Assembly: GCA_963677925.2 (NCBI GenBank)
Contig: CAXXYH010000003.1
Location: forward strand, 352,001 to 416,000
Origin: Spirochaetia bacterium
GTDB taxonomy: Bacteria; Spirochaetota; Spirochaetia; UBA9216
Reading direction: 5' to 3'
Length of the DNA: 64,000 nt
This document shows, in pieces, positions 16,799 to 27,785 of the stretch. A program made the translations under genes and the position numbers. Under the pieces are notes generated by a model, which ran no database searches, was not told where the DNA came from, and saw nothing but the letters and a program-made list of their open reading frames with translations. Positions within the stretch are counted from its first letter, which is position 1, and the number at the start of each line of letters is the position of its first letter.

Positions 16799-18352
16799 AT
16801 GGCTTCCAGAGAACAGAAACGCAGATCACGTCATTTATCCAGTGAAAAAATTGATATGGCAGAGAAAAAAAAGGCAAACCACCCTGTAATGTGGATTGTC
16901 AGCCTTCTTACACTTGTAGTTATTATAGTTGCATTCGTAGGCGCACCTATAGCAGGTAGAATAAGTTCAGGCAACACTGCAGTTTTCGGTTCATACGATG
17001 GACAGGCGATTACATATTATGACGGCTCCTACTTTGCAGATCAGATTGCAAGCATAGCAGATAATTACAGCGATGCAATAACAGATGCCAATTCACAATT
17101 CATCCAGTATCAGGTATGGCGGACAGCCTTTGACAATACCGTTATAAGAACGGCCATGATTGTTGATGCACAAAACAGCGGCCTTAACGTGTCCGGTAAT
17201 GCAGTAGATAAAGCTATTGTCTCTTACGGACCGTTTATGGAAAATGGTGAATTCAGTGAGAATCTTTATTCACAGTCATCAAATATCGAAAAAAAGAATG
17301 TCCGGAGCAGGCTAAAAGAAGAATTGATTTTTAATGAATACCTTATGGATATTTATTCCATTAACGGAAGTGAAGCTGAAGCCGACTTTCTTAAAGAGAT
17401 TGCCGCAACAACAAAGAGCTTCAATTACGTAGTTTATAATTTCTCGGACTTTCCGCTTGAAAAAGCAGCCGAGTATGCAGAGACTAATTCAGATCTGTTT
17501 AAAAATGCAGCATTAAGCAAAATCACAATCAATACAGACCGTAAGGATGCAGAGCAGGTACTTGAAAAACTTAATGCCAACCCGGAAATGTTTTCTGAAC
17601 TTGCAAAAACTCAGTCCTCTGATCCTTATGCCGACAAAGGCGGAGAGATGGGCGAAACATACTACTACGAACTTAAAAATCTCATCTCCGATGCAGACGC
17701 TGTTGATTCTATCTTCAGCCTTCCAGTAAACGGAATCAGTGATATTGTTGAAAACGAAACTACCTGGGTTATTTATCAGGTAACATCTGAAATAGAGAAT
17801 CTTGATACTTCAAATGATTCTTCACTTGAAAAAGTTAAAACATATATGTCTCAGTTTGAAAAAGGTGTCATTGAAGATTACTTCACAGACCTTGCTCAGG
17901 AGTTCATTGATATAGCTTCTGCTTCAGGTTTTGAAAATGCAGGTATTCTTAAAAATACTGCTGTTCATGAGACCAATTATGCACCTTTGGTTTATGGCAA
18001 TCCTTCTGTTTCTTATTATGGCCAGAACATTCCTGTTTATACTCAGCTTTCAGATGCCGACGGAAACTCCTTTCTGTCAAATGCCTCTTTTAATGAATAT
18101 TTTCTAAAGAGTATAAATAAGCTTGAGAATGATGATGTATCAGAGCCACTTATTCTTAACAACCAGATTATTGTTATGCAGCTTAAAGATGTTAAAGAAG
18201 CGGAAGGTGATGAACTTGAGTCAATTCCATCAATGGTAGCATATAGTGCTCAGACCTGGCAGAGCGAAAGAGAACGTGATATCGTATTCGCATCTGATAA
18301 ACTCGAAGACAACTTCACAGAGGTGTTTACAAGAATTTTCGTTTCTAACTGA
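16799..18352 (+). CDS. SurA/PpiD-like membrane-anchored peptidyl-prolyl isomerase/chaperone
   Basis: ATG 16799 after AAGGA; N-terminal TM; FSELAKTQSSDPYADKGGEMG parvulin motif; TTGACA at 16728 and TATTGT at 16751. Confidence 0.75.
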   Translation: MASREQKRRSRHLSSEKIDMAEKKKANHPVMWIVSLLTLVVIIVAFVGAPIAGRISSGNTAVFGSYDGQAITYYDGSYFADQIASIADNYSDAITDANSQFIQYQVWRTAFDNTVIRTAMIVDAQNSGLNVSGNAVDKAIVSYGPFMENGEFSENLYSQSSNIEKKNVRSRLKEELIFNEYLMDIYSINGSEAEADFLKEIAATTKSFNYVVYNFSDFPLEKAAEYAETNSDLFKNAALSKITINTDRKDAEQVLEKLNANPEMFSELAKTQSSDPYADKGGEMGETYYYELKNLISDADAVDSIFSLPVNGISDIVENETTWVIYQVTSEIENLDTSNDSSLEKVKTYMSQFEKGVIEDYFTDLAQEFIDIASASGFENAGILKNTAVHETNYAPLVYGNPSVSYYGQNIPVYTQLSDADGNSFLSNASFNEYFLKSINKLENDDVSEPLILNNQIIVMQLKDVKEAEGDELESIPSMVAYSAQTWQSERERDIVFASDKLEDNFTEVFTRIFVSN

Positions 18353-18354
18353 TA

Positions 18355-19944
18355 ATGTTAGACAATAAACCGGTTCTGACAGTACGTGAAGGCATACAGA
18401 ATGTCAGCTATCAGAACCGGCTGTTGTACAAAGATGATATAAATATCATCATCAACTCTCTAAAATCAGCTCCTGATACACTGTATATTGTAATCTCACC
18501 ACTTTTATTTAAAGGTATTAAAGAACTTAAACGTTTCACTGGAACCAGTAAAAATATCCTTCTTATTGAAAACAATCATGAACTTTATAATTTTTCACTG
18601 AACTTCATGGAGCCTGAATTAAGGGACCTGCCCTACTTCTATACTGACAATAGTCCTTTACCGGCAGAAATTATTAATTTTTTAAATTCCGGTTCTTTTC
18701 GCAGGATCTGTCCTGTTTATCTTAATTCTTCCTATTTTTTTGATCGAAACTATTACAAAAATCTCGTGAATGAAATGAGCAGCTATATTCAGCGTTTATG
18801 GAAAAACAGACTTACCATGATACACATGGGACGTCTATGGAGCAGAAATATATTTCTCAATCTAGAATTTCTTCCTGATTCCTGTGAAATAAACAGTATT
18901 TATACAAACAAAAATGTCTTAGTTGCTGCAGCTGGAGAATCTTTAGAAATAGCAATCGAAGTCATAAAAGAGAATAGAGACCAATTTTTTTTAATTGCTG
19001 TAGACACAGCCCTGGGAACCTTATTATCAAACAGGATAACTCCTGATTTGTGCGTTGTTCTTGAAGCCCAGCACGCTAATCTCATGGACTTCTACTATCC
19101 TGAGGCTTTCAATATTCCTGCTGTTTTCGATTTAACATCATCACCGGAAGTTATCAGAAAGCATTGCGGAAAAAAATATTTTATTCTTTCTGAGTACACA
19201 GATACCAGTTTAATAAAGATACTTAAAGCTAACTATTTATGCCCGCCGCTTATTCCTCCTTTAGGTTCGGTTGGCATTGCTGCTCTCTACCTGGCTTTAA
19301 AAATAAGCTCTTCAGAGGTATTATTCACCGGTCTCGATTTTTCTTTTACCCCTGATAAATATCATTCAAACGGTTCTCCCACTCATAAACTATCACTGAT
19401 GAACTGGCAAAGGCTTAAGCCTCCTCAGTATTTTGAGGCGGTTCTTGCTCCCAACCGTCATAAATGCAAAGATAAATCGGGACGTACGGTTTTTACAGAT
19501 CCCATCATGGAATCATACTCAGAAAGAATTATTGAACTTGATAAAATTGATAAACGTCTTATTGATACAGCTGTCTATGGGCTTGAAGTTTGCTCAAAAC
19601 ATATTACTTTAAACGAAGTAACTGCAACAGTAAGCTCTATTGATATAAAAATTGAAAATGAAAAACATACAGGCTCTGTTTATAAAGCTGCAGCTATAAA
19701 AACTTTTATCAACAGTGAATTGGATAAACTAAACCGCGCTTCTGAAGAGGTGGTTGTATTTTTAAATGGAGAAGACAAAAGAAACGATGATTTAATTCAA
19801 AAATTAAAGGAATTAGATTACTGCTTTTATTTCTTTCCGGATTACAGAAACTCACCGGTCGTAGAAAGAAGTTTTCTTAAAAGATTCCTTGTTTCCAGCC
19901 GGTGGTTCAGCGAATATCTAAAAAAGATTACAGAAAAGATGTAG
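18355..19944 (+). CDS. motility-associated factor (Maf/DUF115, MptE-like domain) family protein
   Basis: VAAAGESL, IAVDTAL, PDLCVVLE, GSVG, FTGLDFSF motifs. Confidence 0.75.
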   Translation: MLDNKPVLTVREGIQNVSYQNRLLYKDDINIIINSLKSAPDTLYIVISPLLFKGIKELKRFTGTSKNILLIENNHELYNFSLNFMEPELRDLPYFYTDNSPLPAEIINFLNSGSFRRICPVYLNSSYFFDRNYYKNLVNEMSSYIQRLWKNRLTMIHMGRLWSRNIFLNLEFLPDSCEINSIYTNKNVLVAAAGESLEIAIEVIKENRDQFFLIAVDTALGTLLSNRITPDLCVVLEAQHANLMDFYYPEAFNIPAVFDLTSSPEVIRKHCGKKYFILSEYTDTSLIKILKANYLCPPLIPPLGSVGIAALYLALKISSSEVLFTGLDFSFTPDKYHSNGSPTHKLSLMNWQRLKPPQYFEAVLAPNRHKCKDKSGRTVFTDPIMESYSERIIELDKIDKRLIDTAVYGLEVCSKHITLNEVTATVSSIDIKIENEKHTGSVYKAAAIKTFINSELDKLNRASEEVVVFLNGEDKRNDDLIQKLKELDYCFYFFPDYRNSPVVERSFLKRFLVSSRWFSEYLKKITEKM

Positions 19945-19945
19945 A

Positions 19946-21751
19946 TCAGTTATCTTCAGTTTTAAGAACTGAAAGAAAAGCTTTCTGGGGCAGTTCTACA
20001 TTTCCAACCATCTTCAGACGCTTCTTTCCTTCCTTCTGCTTTTCAAGGAGTTTACGTTTTCTTGAAATATCACCGCCGTAACATTTTGCAGTAACATCCT
20101 TACGAAGAGCAGAGATGGTCTCTCTGGCAATGATATTGGAACCTATAGCGCCCTGAAGAGCTATTTTAAACTGATGTCTCGGAATTTCATCTTTCAGCTT
20201 CCGGCATGCTAGACGCGCACGTGCTGTTGCATTCTCACGGAATACAAGCTGTGAAAGCGCATCGACCTTATCTCCGTTGATCATTATATCAAGTTTTACA
20301 AGATCAGTAGTGCGGTAATCACGTATCTCATAATCAAAGGAGGCATAGCCTCTGCTTATTGATTTCAACCGGTCATAAAAGTCGAAGAGAACTTCCGCCA
20401 GAGGCATCTCATATGTAAGTTCGACACGTTTTTCATCAAGGTAATTCATTCCTGTCTGAACACCTCTTTTTTCCAGACACAGATTGATAATAGGCCCTAT
20501 ATATTCTTTCGGGCAGATAATTGCTGCTTTAATATAAGGCTCTTCTGTATGCTGGATTTTTGCGGGATCAGGGTACTCTGACGGGTTGTCAATGTTAACC
20601 AGCTCTCCATTATTGAGCTGTACCTTATAAGCTACAGAGGGTGCAGTTAATACTATTGAAAGGCCGAACTCCCTTTCAATACGTTCCTGAACAACTTCCA
20701 GATGAAGCATACCCAGAAATCCGCATCTAAAACCGAAACCAAGCGCTACAGAAGCATCCTTCTCGTAAATCAGCGAAGCATCATTAAGCTTGAGCTTATC
20801 TATAGCAGTATGAAGCTCTTCATAATCATCAGAGTTAACCGGATATATAGAAGAAAACACAACGGGCTTTACTTCCCGGAATCCTCCAAGCGGTCTATCA
20901 CAGGGATTTTTCTCACTTGTAACAGTATCACCAACGCGGATATCTGAAATATTCTTTATACCGGCAATAAAATATCCTACTTCACCGGCAGTAAGAAGAT
21001 CTTTTTTATTGAGTACGACCCTGAAAATGCCTGTTTCTTCGACCTTGTAGACTGTATCAGAGGCCATAAGCTTTATATTCATTCCCGGAGCTATTTTACC
21101 GTCAAAAACCCTGATATGAACAATAACTCCACGGTAGGGGTCATAATGTGAATCAAAAATTAAAGCTTTAAGCGGCTTTTCAACAGAACCATCCGGAGAA
21201 GGTATGTTTTCTACGATTGATTCAAGCAAATCTTCTATCCCGATTCCGTTCTTCGCAGAAACAAGCATTGCAGCATCGGGATCAAGACCAAGTTCATGAT
21301 CTATCTGATGCTTGACCATATCGATATCAGCACTGGGCAGATCAATTTTATTAATTACCGGAATAATTTCCAAATCGTACTCAATGGCCATGTACATATT
21401 CGCAAGTGTCTGAGCTTCAACGCCCTGGCTTGCATCAACAAGAAGAAGAGCGCCCTCACAAGATGAAATAGCTCTGGAGACTTCGTATGAAAAATCCACA
21501 TGACCGGGAGTATCAACAAGGTTAAGTTCATACTCAACCCCGTTTTTATCAATATAAGGAATTGTAACAGCCTGGGATTTAATTGTAATCCCCCGCTCCC
21601 GCTCAATATCCATACTGTCGAGTATCTGATTCTTATATTCACGTTCCGAGATTATCATTGCCTTTTCGATAAATCGGTCGGCAAGGGTTGATTTTCCGTG
21701 GTCTATATGCGCAATAATACAGAAATTTCGTATTTCAGCTGTGTTACTCAT
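19946..21751 (-). CDS. lepA: elongation factor 4
   Basis: [46 protein letters not shown]. Confidence 0.98.
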   Translation of the reverse strand: MSNTAEIRNFCIIAHIDHGKSTLADRFIEKAMIISEREYKNQILDSMDIERERGITIKSQAVTIPYIDKNGVEYELNLVDTPGHVDFSYEVSRAISSCEGALLLVDASQGVEAQTLANMYMAIEYDLEIIPVINKIDLPSADIDMVKHQIDHELGLDPDAAMLVSAKNGIGIEDLLESIVENIPSPDGSVEKPLKALIFDSHYDPYRGVIVHIRVFDGKIAPGMNIKLMASDTVYKVEETGIFRVVLNKKDLLTAGEVGYFIAGIKNISDIRVGDTVTSEKNPCDRPLGGFREVKPVVFSSIYPVNSDDYEELHTAIDKLKLNDASLIYEKDASVALGFGFRCGFLGMLHLEVVQERIEREFGLSIVLTAPSVAYKVQLNNGELVNIDNPSEYPDPAKIQHTEEPYIKAAIICPKEYIGPIINLCLEKRGVQTGMNYLDEKRVELTYEMPLAEVLFDFYDRLKSISRGYASFDYEIRDYRTTDLVKLDIMINGDKVDALSQLVFRENATARARLACRKLKDEIPRHQFKIALQGAIGSNIIARETISALRKDVTAKCYGGDISRKRKLLEKQKEGKKRLKMVGNVELPQKAFLSVLKTEDN

Positions 21752-21837
21752 TATTGTATGATTTCTCCTTAACCATATTCAGGCATGGTCGGACTTCAGA
21801 TTTGTTTGTATGTATTATAATGATTTATAGAGTTATT

Positions 21838-22491
21838 TCAACCAGCATTATGCTTCATGGACCATTCGACAGCCCTTTGAATAAGTTCAATTCCGTCATT
21901 CAAATTGAGTTTTATTTTTAAATGAGATTTATAGGTCTCTATAGTTTTCACACTCAAATTCAGCTGTTCCGCTATACTTTTAGTTTTTAGACCGTTGCCT
22001 ATCATCTGAAAAACTTCAAATTCGCGGTCACTGAGAATATCTATCGGATCTACTTTATCCTTTCTTCCGCCGTATGCAAGGTTCTCGATCATTTTGGACT
22101 GCATTTTACTGCTAAGATAGATTTCTCCTCCTGCAACTTTTCCTACAGCTGTTATGATATCGTCTACTGCCTCAGCTTTCATGATAAAGCCTCTTGCGCC
22201 GGCTCTGAGAACTCTCTCTGCATAAATTTCCTCATCATGCAGACTGACAACAAGTACTTTTACCTCAGGACAGAGCGCCTGAAGATCCTTAATAAGTTCA
22301 ATACCGTTACTGTTTTTCAGAGACAAATCAACCATCGCAACGTCGGGTTTAAGTTTCTGAATCAGTTCGAGTGCTTCTGAGGCATCTTCAGCCTTGCCTA
22401 CAACTTCAAAATTCTTTTCGGAATTTATCAGTTTTGCAAAGCCTTCCCGCACAATTGGATGATCATCAACTATTATTATCCTCTTCAACAA
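21838..22491 (-). CDS. NarL/LuxR-family response regulator
   Basis: VDDHPIVREG receiver domain; LSDREFEVF...LSVKTIETY HTH. Confidence 0.92.
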   Translation of the reverse strand: MLKRIIIVDDHPIVREGFAKLINSEKNFEVVGKAEDASEALELIQKLKPDVAMVDLSLKNSNGIELIKDLQALCPEVKVLVVSLHDEEIYAERVLRAGARGFIMKAEAVDDIITAVGKVAGGEIYLSSKMQSKMIENLAYGGRKDKVDPIDILSDREFEVFQMIGNGLKTKSIAEQLNLSVKTIETYKSHLKIKLNLNDGIELIQRAVEWSMKHNAG

Positions 22492-24253
22492 CTTCTTTCT
22501 CCCCGTAGTTAAGCGGTACCCTGCAAATCACAAGAGTACCTTCTCCTTCTTCACTGTGTACAGACATTGAACCATTTATAATATTCGCCCTGTAACTCAT
22601 AATTCTTAAACCTATTCCGGCTTTTTTTGTTTCAGAAAAACCTTTTCCGTTATCTTTTATAGATAATATTAGTTCTGACTGTACTATATGCAGATAAATA
22701 AACAATTTCGTGCAGTTTGCATGCTTGGCAGCATTATTGATCGCTTCCTGAGCAATATGATACAACTGAGTTTCTGTAATGATACTCACAGGTTTTATTA
22801 AATCGTCAATCTGAGTTTCTACCGCCATCTGATAAACCCTTCTTGCAAAGTTGGCAAGATCCTCTAATGCATGAGGCAGCCCTTCAGTCTGAAGTTTTAT
22901 AGGCACAAGGCCTTTTGCAAGCTCCCGAGTCTGCATAATAGCATTTTTTATAAGGTCTTCAGTCTCTTTGAGTTTCTCGATAAAATCAGGCTGCTGTAAT
23001 GGTTTCAGTTCATTCTCAAGTGATTTTACATTCAGCAGAATTCCCGTAAGCTGCTGTCCAAGGCTGTCATGAAGGTCCTGACCTATTCTTTCCCGCTCTT
23101 TTTCACTTGTTTCAAGAACTTCCTTTTCAAGAGCCTTCTTTTCAGTGATATCTCTTGCAATAACAGATATACCGGTAATTTTCCCATCCTTATCCTTTAT
23201 CGGTGATGGAAGAATTGACATTTGTACAAGTTCACCATTCTTTCTTTGTCTGATTCCGTCATAGTGAAGAACAATTTCATGATTTTTCAACTTTTCTATC
23301 TTGTCGGTTAATTCATTCGGGTAATTAGACGGAGTTATCATGCTTATATTTTTACCAATCGCTTCAATCGGGGTATATCCGAAAACAGCTTCTGCACCGC
23401 TGTTCCAGGTCCGTATAGTACCGTCTGTTTTAATACCAATAATTGCATCACTTGAAGATTCCACAATCGATACTAGTCTGGAACTGATTGTTTCAATCTT
23501 TTTTCTTTCCTCTATATCCCTCAGTACATAAACATAACCCACAGGCTCTTTAAATGTATCCAAAAGTGTAGTTACAACAAACTCAACCCGTAGAAGATTT
23601 CCGCCTGTTTTATTTTTTAGTCTGTATTCGTTTTTAAACCGCTTTTTACGTTTTGTATGAAAGGGGTGAACATAGGCTTCATTATTATCATCAAGGAGCT
23701 TAAACCCTACCTGTTCTATATTTAATTTTGCATTAATATTTTTTTTAATTTTCAGAAGCTTTTCTGCGGGTTTATTGATGAATTGTATATTACCTTCCAT
23801 ATCTATTGTAATTACAGCATCTTCAATATTCTCCAGAGTAGTATTAAGGAGAAATTCATTCTCATGAACCTTTCTTTCAAGCTGACTTTTATATATAGCC
23901 ATCTCAATGGTCGAATGCAGTTCACTGTAATTGAATGATTTTGTAATATATCCATATGGAGCCGTTATCTTCGCTCTGGAAAGCGTAAGTTCATCGGTAT
24001 AGCCAGTTATATAGATTATCGGAATAGCGAAAGCCTTATTTATCTGTTCTGCGGTCTGTATACCATCCATCTCGCCGGACAGCTGGATATCCATTAGAAT
24101 AAGATCGGGTTTATCCCTCTTTATCATTTCCAGAGCTTCTTCTCCGGATGGAACAGCGTCAATTACGCTGTAACCCATTTCATGCAGAGTGTTGGCCATA
24201 TCGAGTGACAGGATACCCTCGTCTTCAACTATTAGAATCTTATTCTTATTCAT
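22466..24253 (-). CDS. cytoplasmic REC-PAS-PAS-HisKA_3 histidine kinase
   Basis: LIVEDE...LMDI receiver; two PAS domains; ERERIGQDLHDSLGQ; EAINNAAKHA, DNGKGF, GIGL. Confidence 0.92.
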   Translation of the reverse strand: MNKNKILIVEDEGILSLDMANTLHEMGYSVIDAVPSGEEALEMIKRDKPDLILMDIQLSGEMDGIQTAEQINKAFAIPIIYITGYTDELTLSRAKITAPYGYITKSFNYSELHSTIEMAIYKSQLERKVHENEFLLNTTLENIEDAVITIDMEGNIQFINKPAEKLLKIKKNINAKLNIEQVGFKLLDDNNEAYVHPFHTKRKKRFKNEYRLKNKTGGNLLRVEFVVTTLLDTFKEPVGYVYVLRDIEERKKIETISSRLVSIVESSSDAIIGIKTDGTIRTWNSGAEAVFGYTPIEAIGKNISMITPSNYPNELTDKIEKLKNHEIVLHYDGIRQRKNGELVQMSILPSPIKDKDGKITGISVIARDITEKKALEKEVLETSEKERERIGQDLHDSLGQQLTGILLNVKSLENELKPLQQPDFIEKLKETEDLIKNAIMQTRELAKGLVPIKLQTEGLPHALEDLANFARRVYQMAVETQIDDLIKPVSIITETQLYHIAQEAINNAAKHANCTKLFIYLHIVQSELILSIKDNGKGFSETKKAGIGLRIMSYRANIINGSMSVHSEEGEGTLVICRVPLNYGEKEVVEEDNNS

Positions 24254-26052
24254 AATATTCTGTTAATATCCAGATAACTCCCTAATTGTATAACAGTTTC
24301 AAGAAATCCTGCCTTTCTTTTTTTAATTTTTAAGTTCATTAGTATTATTTCATTCTCATCATCATAGTACCATGAACTTATACTGAACGGGTCATTAATC
24401 GACAAGCCGGTCTCATCAGCCGGCATTCCAGGATAAACTTCATTTATTATATATTCTTTACTGATAAAACCGGAATCCCCTTCACTTATCTGCATACCGA
24501 ATAATGCAGGTATTATAGAATATGGCTCCTCACCATGAATTGCATCAGCAAGGGGAATGTCAGGTCGTTCATCCGTTAAAACTATAATTTGCTTTTGAAC
24601 GGTACCGCTTTTAACGTCCAACCTGATAATACTTCCCGGCTGCTTTGAAATTAAAATTTCCTGTGCATCGGCAATACGGTTAACAGGTATTCCGTCAATA
24701 GAAACAATTCTGTCACCGGTTTCAAGCCTCCATCCGGAAAGACTTGAAGAAGGATCTATATAAAGAATATCGAGGTTTTCAGACCCAGTCTCATGACTTT
24801 CATACACGGCTGTTCCAATCCAGGATTTTTTCATTTTACCGCCGTCAAATAGATAAGGAAGTGCATGAACAACCCATCTTGATGGAATGATAAAGTTTAC
24901 ACCTTCAAACTGTTCAATACCGGCGAAAACAATCCCGACAAGATCGCCGTTTTCATCTACAACCGGCCCGCCGCTATTACCGGCATTTATAGGAACATCT
25001 ACCTGAATTGTATCTCCTATAGGAAGAAGTCTTCTATCCCCTGATGCCGAAATAATCCCGGATGTGATAGTTTTCTCGAGTCCGCCGGGAGAACCTATTG
25101 CATAAATCTTCTCACCAGGGGTAAAACTTCGTGTTTTAGAAAAGTTAAAAATAAACTCAGGCTCATAACTTGTTTTAAGAAGCGCCAGGTCCAGTGAAGA
25201 ATCATACCCGATAACCTCTGCAGGTATTCTGATATCAGAATTATCAGTTTTTATATAAAGTCTGGAATAACCTTCGTACTCAGGATCAACCTCACTTGCA
25301 ATAACGTGATAGTTGGTCATAAGATATCCGGATTTATCAATAAAAAATCCGCTGCCTATTACCCTGTCAGGATAACCCACTCCGCTTTCGATTCTAATCC
25401 CCCGGTTAACCCAGATTGTAGCGGTACCTTTCAGCATTTCAAACGGTTTTGGTTTCTCATCCAGTATTGATACAGCTTCTTCCAGTTCTCCTGCAAGCCC
25501 GGGATAATTATTAATAAGAAAATTGAGAACAGCCTTATTTTTCTGAGCCAAAGCAGTTTCAAAAATCAGATTAAACTGTTCAGCATCCAACTCTGCCTTC
25601 TGTTGTTTATTAATTATTCTGTCAAGAAAATATATCAGTCCCCGCGACTTCTCTCTGCCTTCAAGATATAAAACTGTCTGCTTAACGTACAGCTCACTTA
25701 AGTTGTACCCTGTTTCCAAACCGGCTGCACTCAATGAATTTAGATATGCGGCTGCAGTGTTATAATTATGATTCTCAACAGACTGGGTAAAAATTCCCAA
25801 CAGCCCGCTCCTTGCTTTTTCGTTGTAATCTAAAAGACTACTCCGGAATTCCGGGATAAGCTCCTCTTCATTTAATAACATTTCCGATCTCACAAGTATT
25901 TTCTGATACTCATTATCATCCAGATACTTATACAAGCTGGAAATTGTATTTTCATAGAATGTAGCCGAATTTATTTCTGCTTTATCATTAGTTACGCAGG
26001 AGAATATCAAGGGAAAACTGAGCAGGATACAGATTTTCAGCAAAAACTTCAT
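24250..26052 (-). CDS. HtrA-like S1C serine protease lipoprotein with PDZ domains
   Basis: Lipobox LIFSC; GSGF, TNYHV, DLALL and GNSGGP triad motifs; two PDZ-like regions. Confidence 0.88.
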   Translation of the reverse strand: MKFLLKICILLSFPLIFSCVTNDKAEINSATFYENTISSLYKYLDDNEYQKILVRSEMLLNEEELIPEFRSSLLDYNEKARSGLLGIFTQSVENHNYNTAAAYLNSLSAAGLETGYNLSELYVKQTVLYLEGREKSRGLIYFLDRIINKQQKAELDAEQFNLIFETALAQKNKAVLNFLINNYPGLAGELEEAVSILDEKPKPFEMLKGTATIWVNRGIRIESGVGYPDRVIGSGFFIDKSGYLMTNYHVIASEVDPEYEGYSRLYIKTDNSDIRIPAEVIGYDSSLDLALLKTSYEPEFIFNFSKTRSFTPGEKIYAIGSPGGLEKTITSGIISASGDRRLLPIGDTIQVDVPINAGNSGGPVVDENGDLVGIVFAGIEQFEGVNFIIPSRWVVHALPYLFDGGKMKKSWIGTAVYESHETGSENLDILYIDPSSSLSGWRLETGDRIVSIDGIPVNRIADAQEILISKQPGSIIRLDVKSGTVQKQIIVLTDERPDIPLADAIHGEEPYSIIPALFGMQISEGDSGFISKEYIINEVYPGMPADETGLSINDPFSISSWYYDDENEIILMNLKIKKRKAGFLETVIQLGSYLDINRIL

Positions 26053-26054
26053 TT

Positions 26055-27719
26055 TCAGTCCTTTTCTACAAGATCGAATTCTCCATTCATTTTAGAAGAA
26101 AACTCTTTATACACTGTACCATCTTTTTCATAAACTCTGCAGTCGTAAATGCCATCTTCATTAAAATCCCATAATGATATCTGCTGCTGACCGTCAAATT
26201 CAATTTTATACTCATATATTCCATTTGAATTTTCATCTGCCTCTATTGAAACAAGTTTTCCATTCACATAATTCTCTTTCATATCAACTAAATCATCGTA
26301 ATTAATATCTTTAAATCCCATCAGGGTCTCGTTCATACTCTGTATATACGTATAATTTCCGTTAAGTTCATTATAGACACGGAGAACCGAAATCTTTTCA
26401 TCCCGGCGGTTCCATTCCCTTATAAGCCGGTTCATAGTATCCGTCGAGTTTCGTGAACTGTACTCAGCGATCCGTACAGAATTATCGCTAAGATAATCTA
26501 TATTGCTGCCGGCTTCTATTATTTTTTCAGTATCAGGAGCAGTTCTTTTCAAACCTGAAGGCGCGGTTAAAAAATCAATACGGACGGAATTGGTTATCAT
26601 TGTATACACTTTAAGTATGCCGTTGCTTGTAATACTTATTTCATCGACAAATGGATAATTTGAGTAAGTTACTCTTATAAAATCTTTATCAGTGTAAAGT
26701 ACTTCTACGGGATAGCCTTTCTCGAATATTATAATAAGTTCAATTATACCATCCTGATTGTCATCTATACTTAGCCCTGTTAATAAACCGTTTTCATAAA
26801 GATAAAGCTCTTCATAGAAATTATCTCCATTGGTATCTTCATATATTTTACCTGTATATTCACTTTTAGCTTTTTTGATTATCTCTCTTCCGCTCAGCTG
26901 AGGGACAGACCTTTCAAGCTCAGCAGTCAATGTCCTTGATTCGAGAATATTTCTATTCAGCAGCTGTAAAATCCTGTTATCATCAAGTGTCCCGTTAAGA
27001 CGATAATCATTCAAAAGCACCTCTACTGAAGAACCGCCGTCACGCAGATAGCGTTCTATTACCGTCTTTTTATCACGATCATCCAAAAGCTTTACAGAAT
27101 CCGCCAGAACTTCAAGATATCCATTCTTATCATCAAAAAACAATTCATTTCTTATGAGTCTGTGAAGATAATCACCGCTTATTTTCGAATAGAGACCTGC
27201 AAACCGGTAATCATAAGGATATCTTTTTACTGCTCTCTCAAGAACATCCTGATACCTGTCATCATTCAGATATTTCAGACAAAGCACGTAAATGTACATC
27301 AAATCCACATCAGAATAAGAGGGATAATATTTTGTCTCAACAAAATCTACAAGTTTACCATACTGCTTTGTTCTGAACATCAGGAGGGAGAGTTCGGACA
27401 TACAGTCTGAAGTTGAAAAAATCAGCCAATCATCATATTCGAGTGCTGCAGACATATAGGCCTGGGCCATGGGGATCTTATTATCCCGTTTCCAGGCTAT
27501 CATACCTTTCAGGAAGGCGGAATCTGACGAAGTATCATAAAATTCATCAACTTTTTCAATCAGGGATTCGCTTAATTTATAGTCATCAAGCTGATACGCG
27601 GCAGCCGCCTTTTTAAGATAGACAATACTGATTTGGCGGTCGGTGGATACAGCAAAAACATTCCCGGATACAATAATCAGGAAAATTAAGATACATTTGT
27701 ATAATTTTATCAGAGACAT
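26055..27719 (-). CDS. exported hypothetical protein with TPR-like N-terminus and repeated DxNxDG motifs
   Basis: Signal peptide; DTNGDN, DDNQDG, DINYDD, DENSNG, DFNEDG. Confidence 0.75.
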   Translation of the reverse strand: MSLIKLYKCILIFLIIVSGNVFAVSTDRQISIVYLKKAAAAYQLDDYKLSESLIEKVDEFYDTSSDSAFLKGMIAWKRDNKIPMAQAYMSAALEYDDWLIFSTSDCMSELSLLMFRTKQYGKLVDFVETKYYPSYSDVDLMYIYVLCLKYLNDDRYQDVLERAVKRYPYDYRFAGLYSKISGDYLHRLIRNELFFDDKNGYLEVLADSVKLLDDRDKKTVIERYLRDGGSSVEVLLNDYRLNGTLDDNRILQLLNRNILESRTLTAELERSVPQLSGREIIKKAKSEYTGKIYEDTNGDNFYEELYLYENGLLTGLSIDDNQDGIIELIIIFEKGYPVEVLYTDKDFIRVTYSNYPFVDEISITSNGILKVYTMITNSVRIDFLTAPSGLKRTAPDTEKIIEAGSNIDYLSDNSVRIAEYSSRNSTDTMNRLIREWNRRDEKISVLRVYNELNGNYTYIQSMNETLMGFKDINYDDLVDMKENYVNGKLVSIEADENSNGIYEYKIEFDGQQQISLWDFNEDGIYDCRVYEKDGTVYKEFSSKMNGEFDLVEKD

Positions 27720-27758
27720 AAAAAAAACCCCCTCTCATTATCGGTATGAAGGGGGTTT
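27720..27758 (-). terminator. intrinsic terminator after ftsH
   Basis: AAACCCCCT/AGGGGGTTT stem; A-run gives a U-tract on the minus strand. Confidence 0.7.
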
Positions 27759-27785
27759 ATCTGCAAATTGTTTATGTAAAAATAC

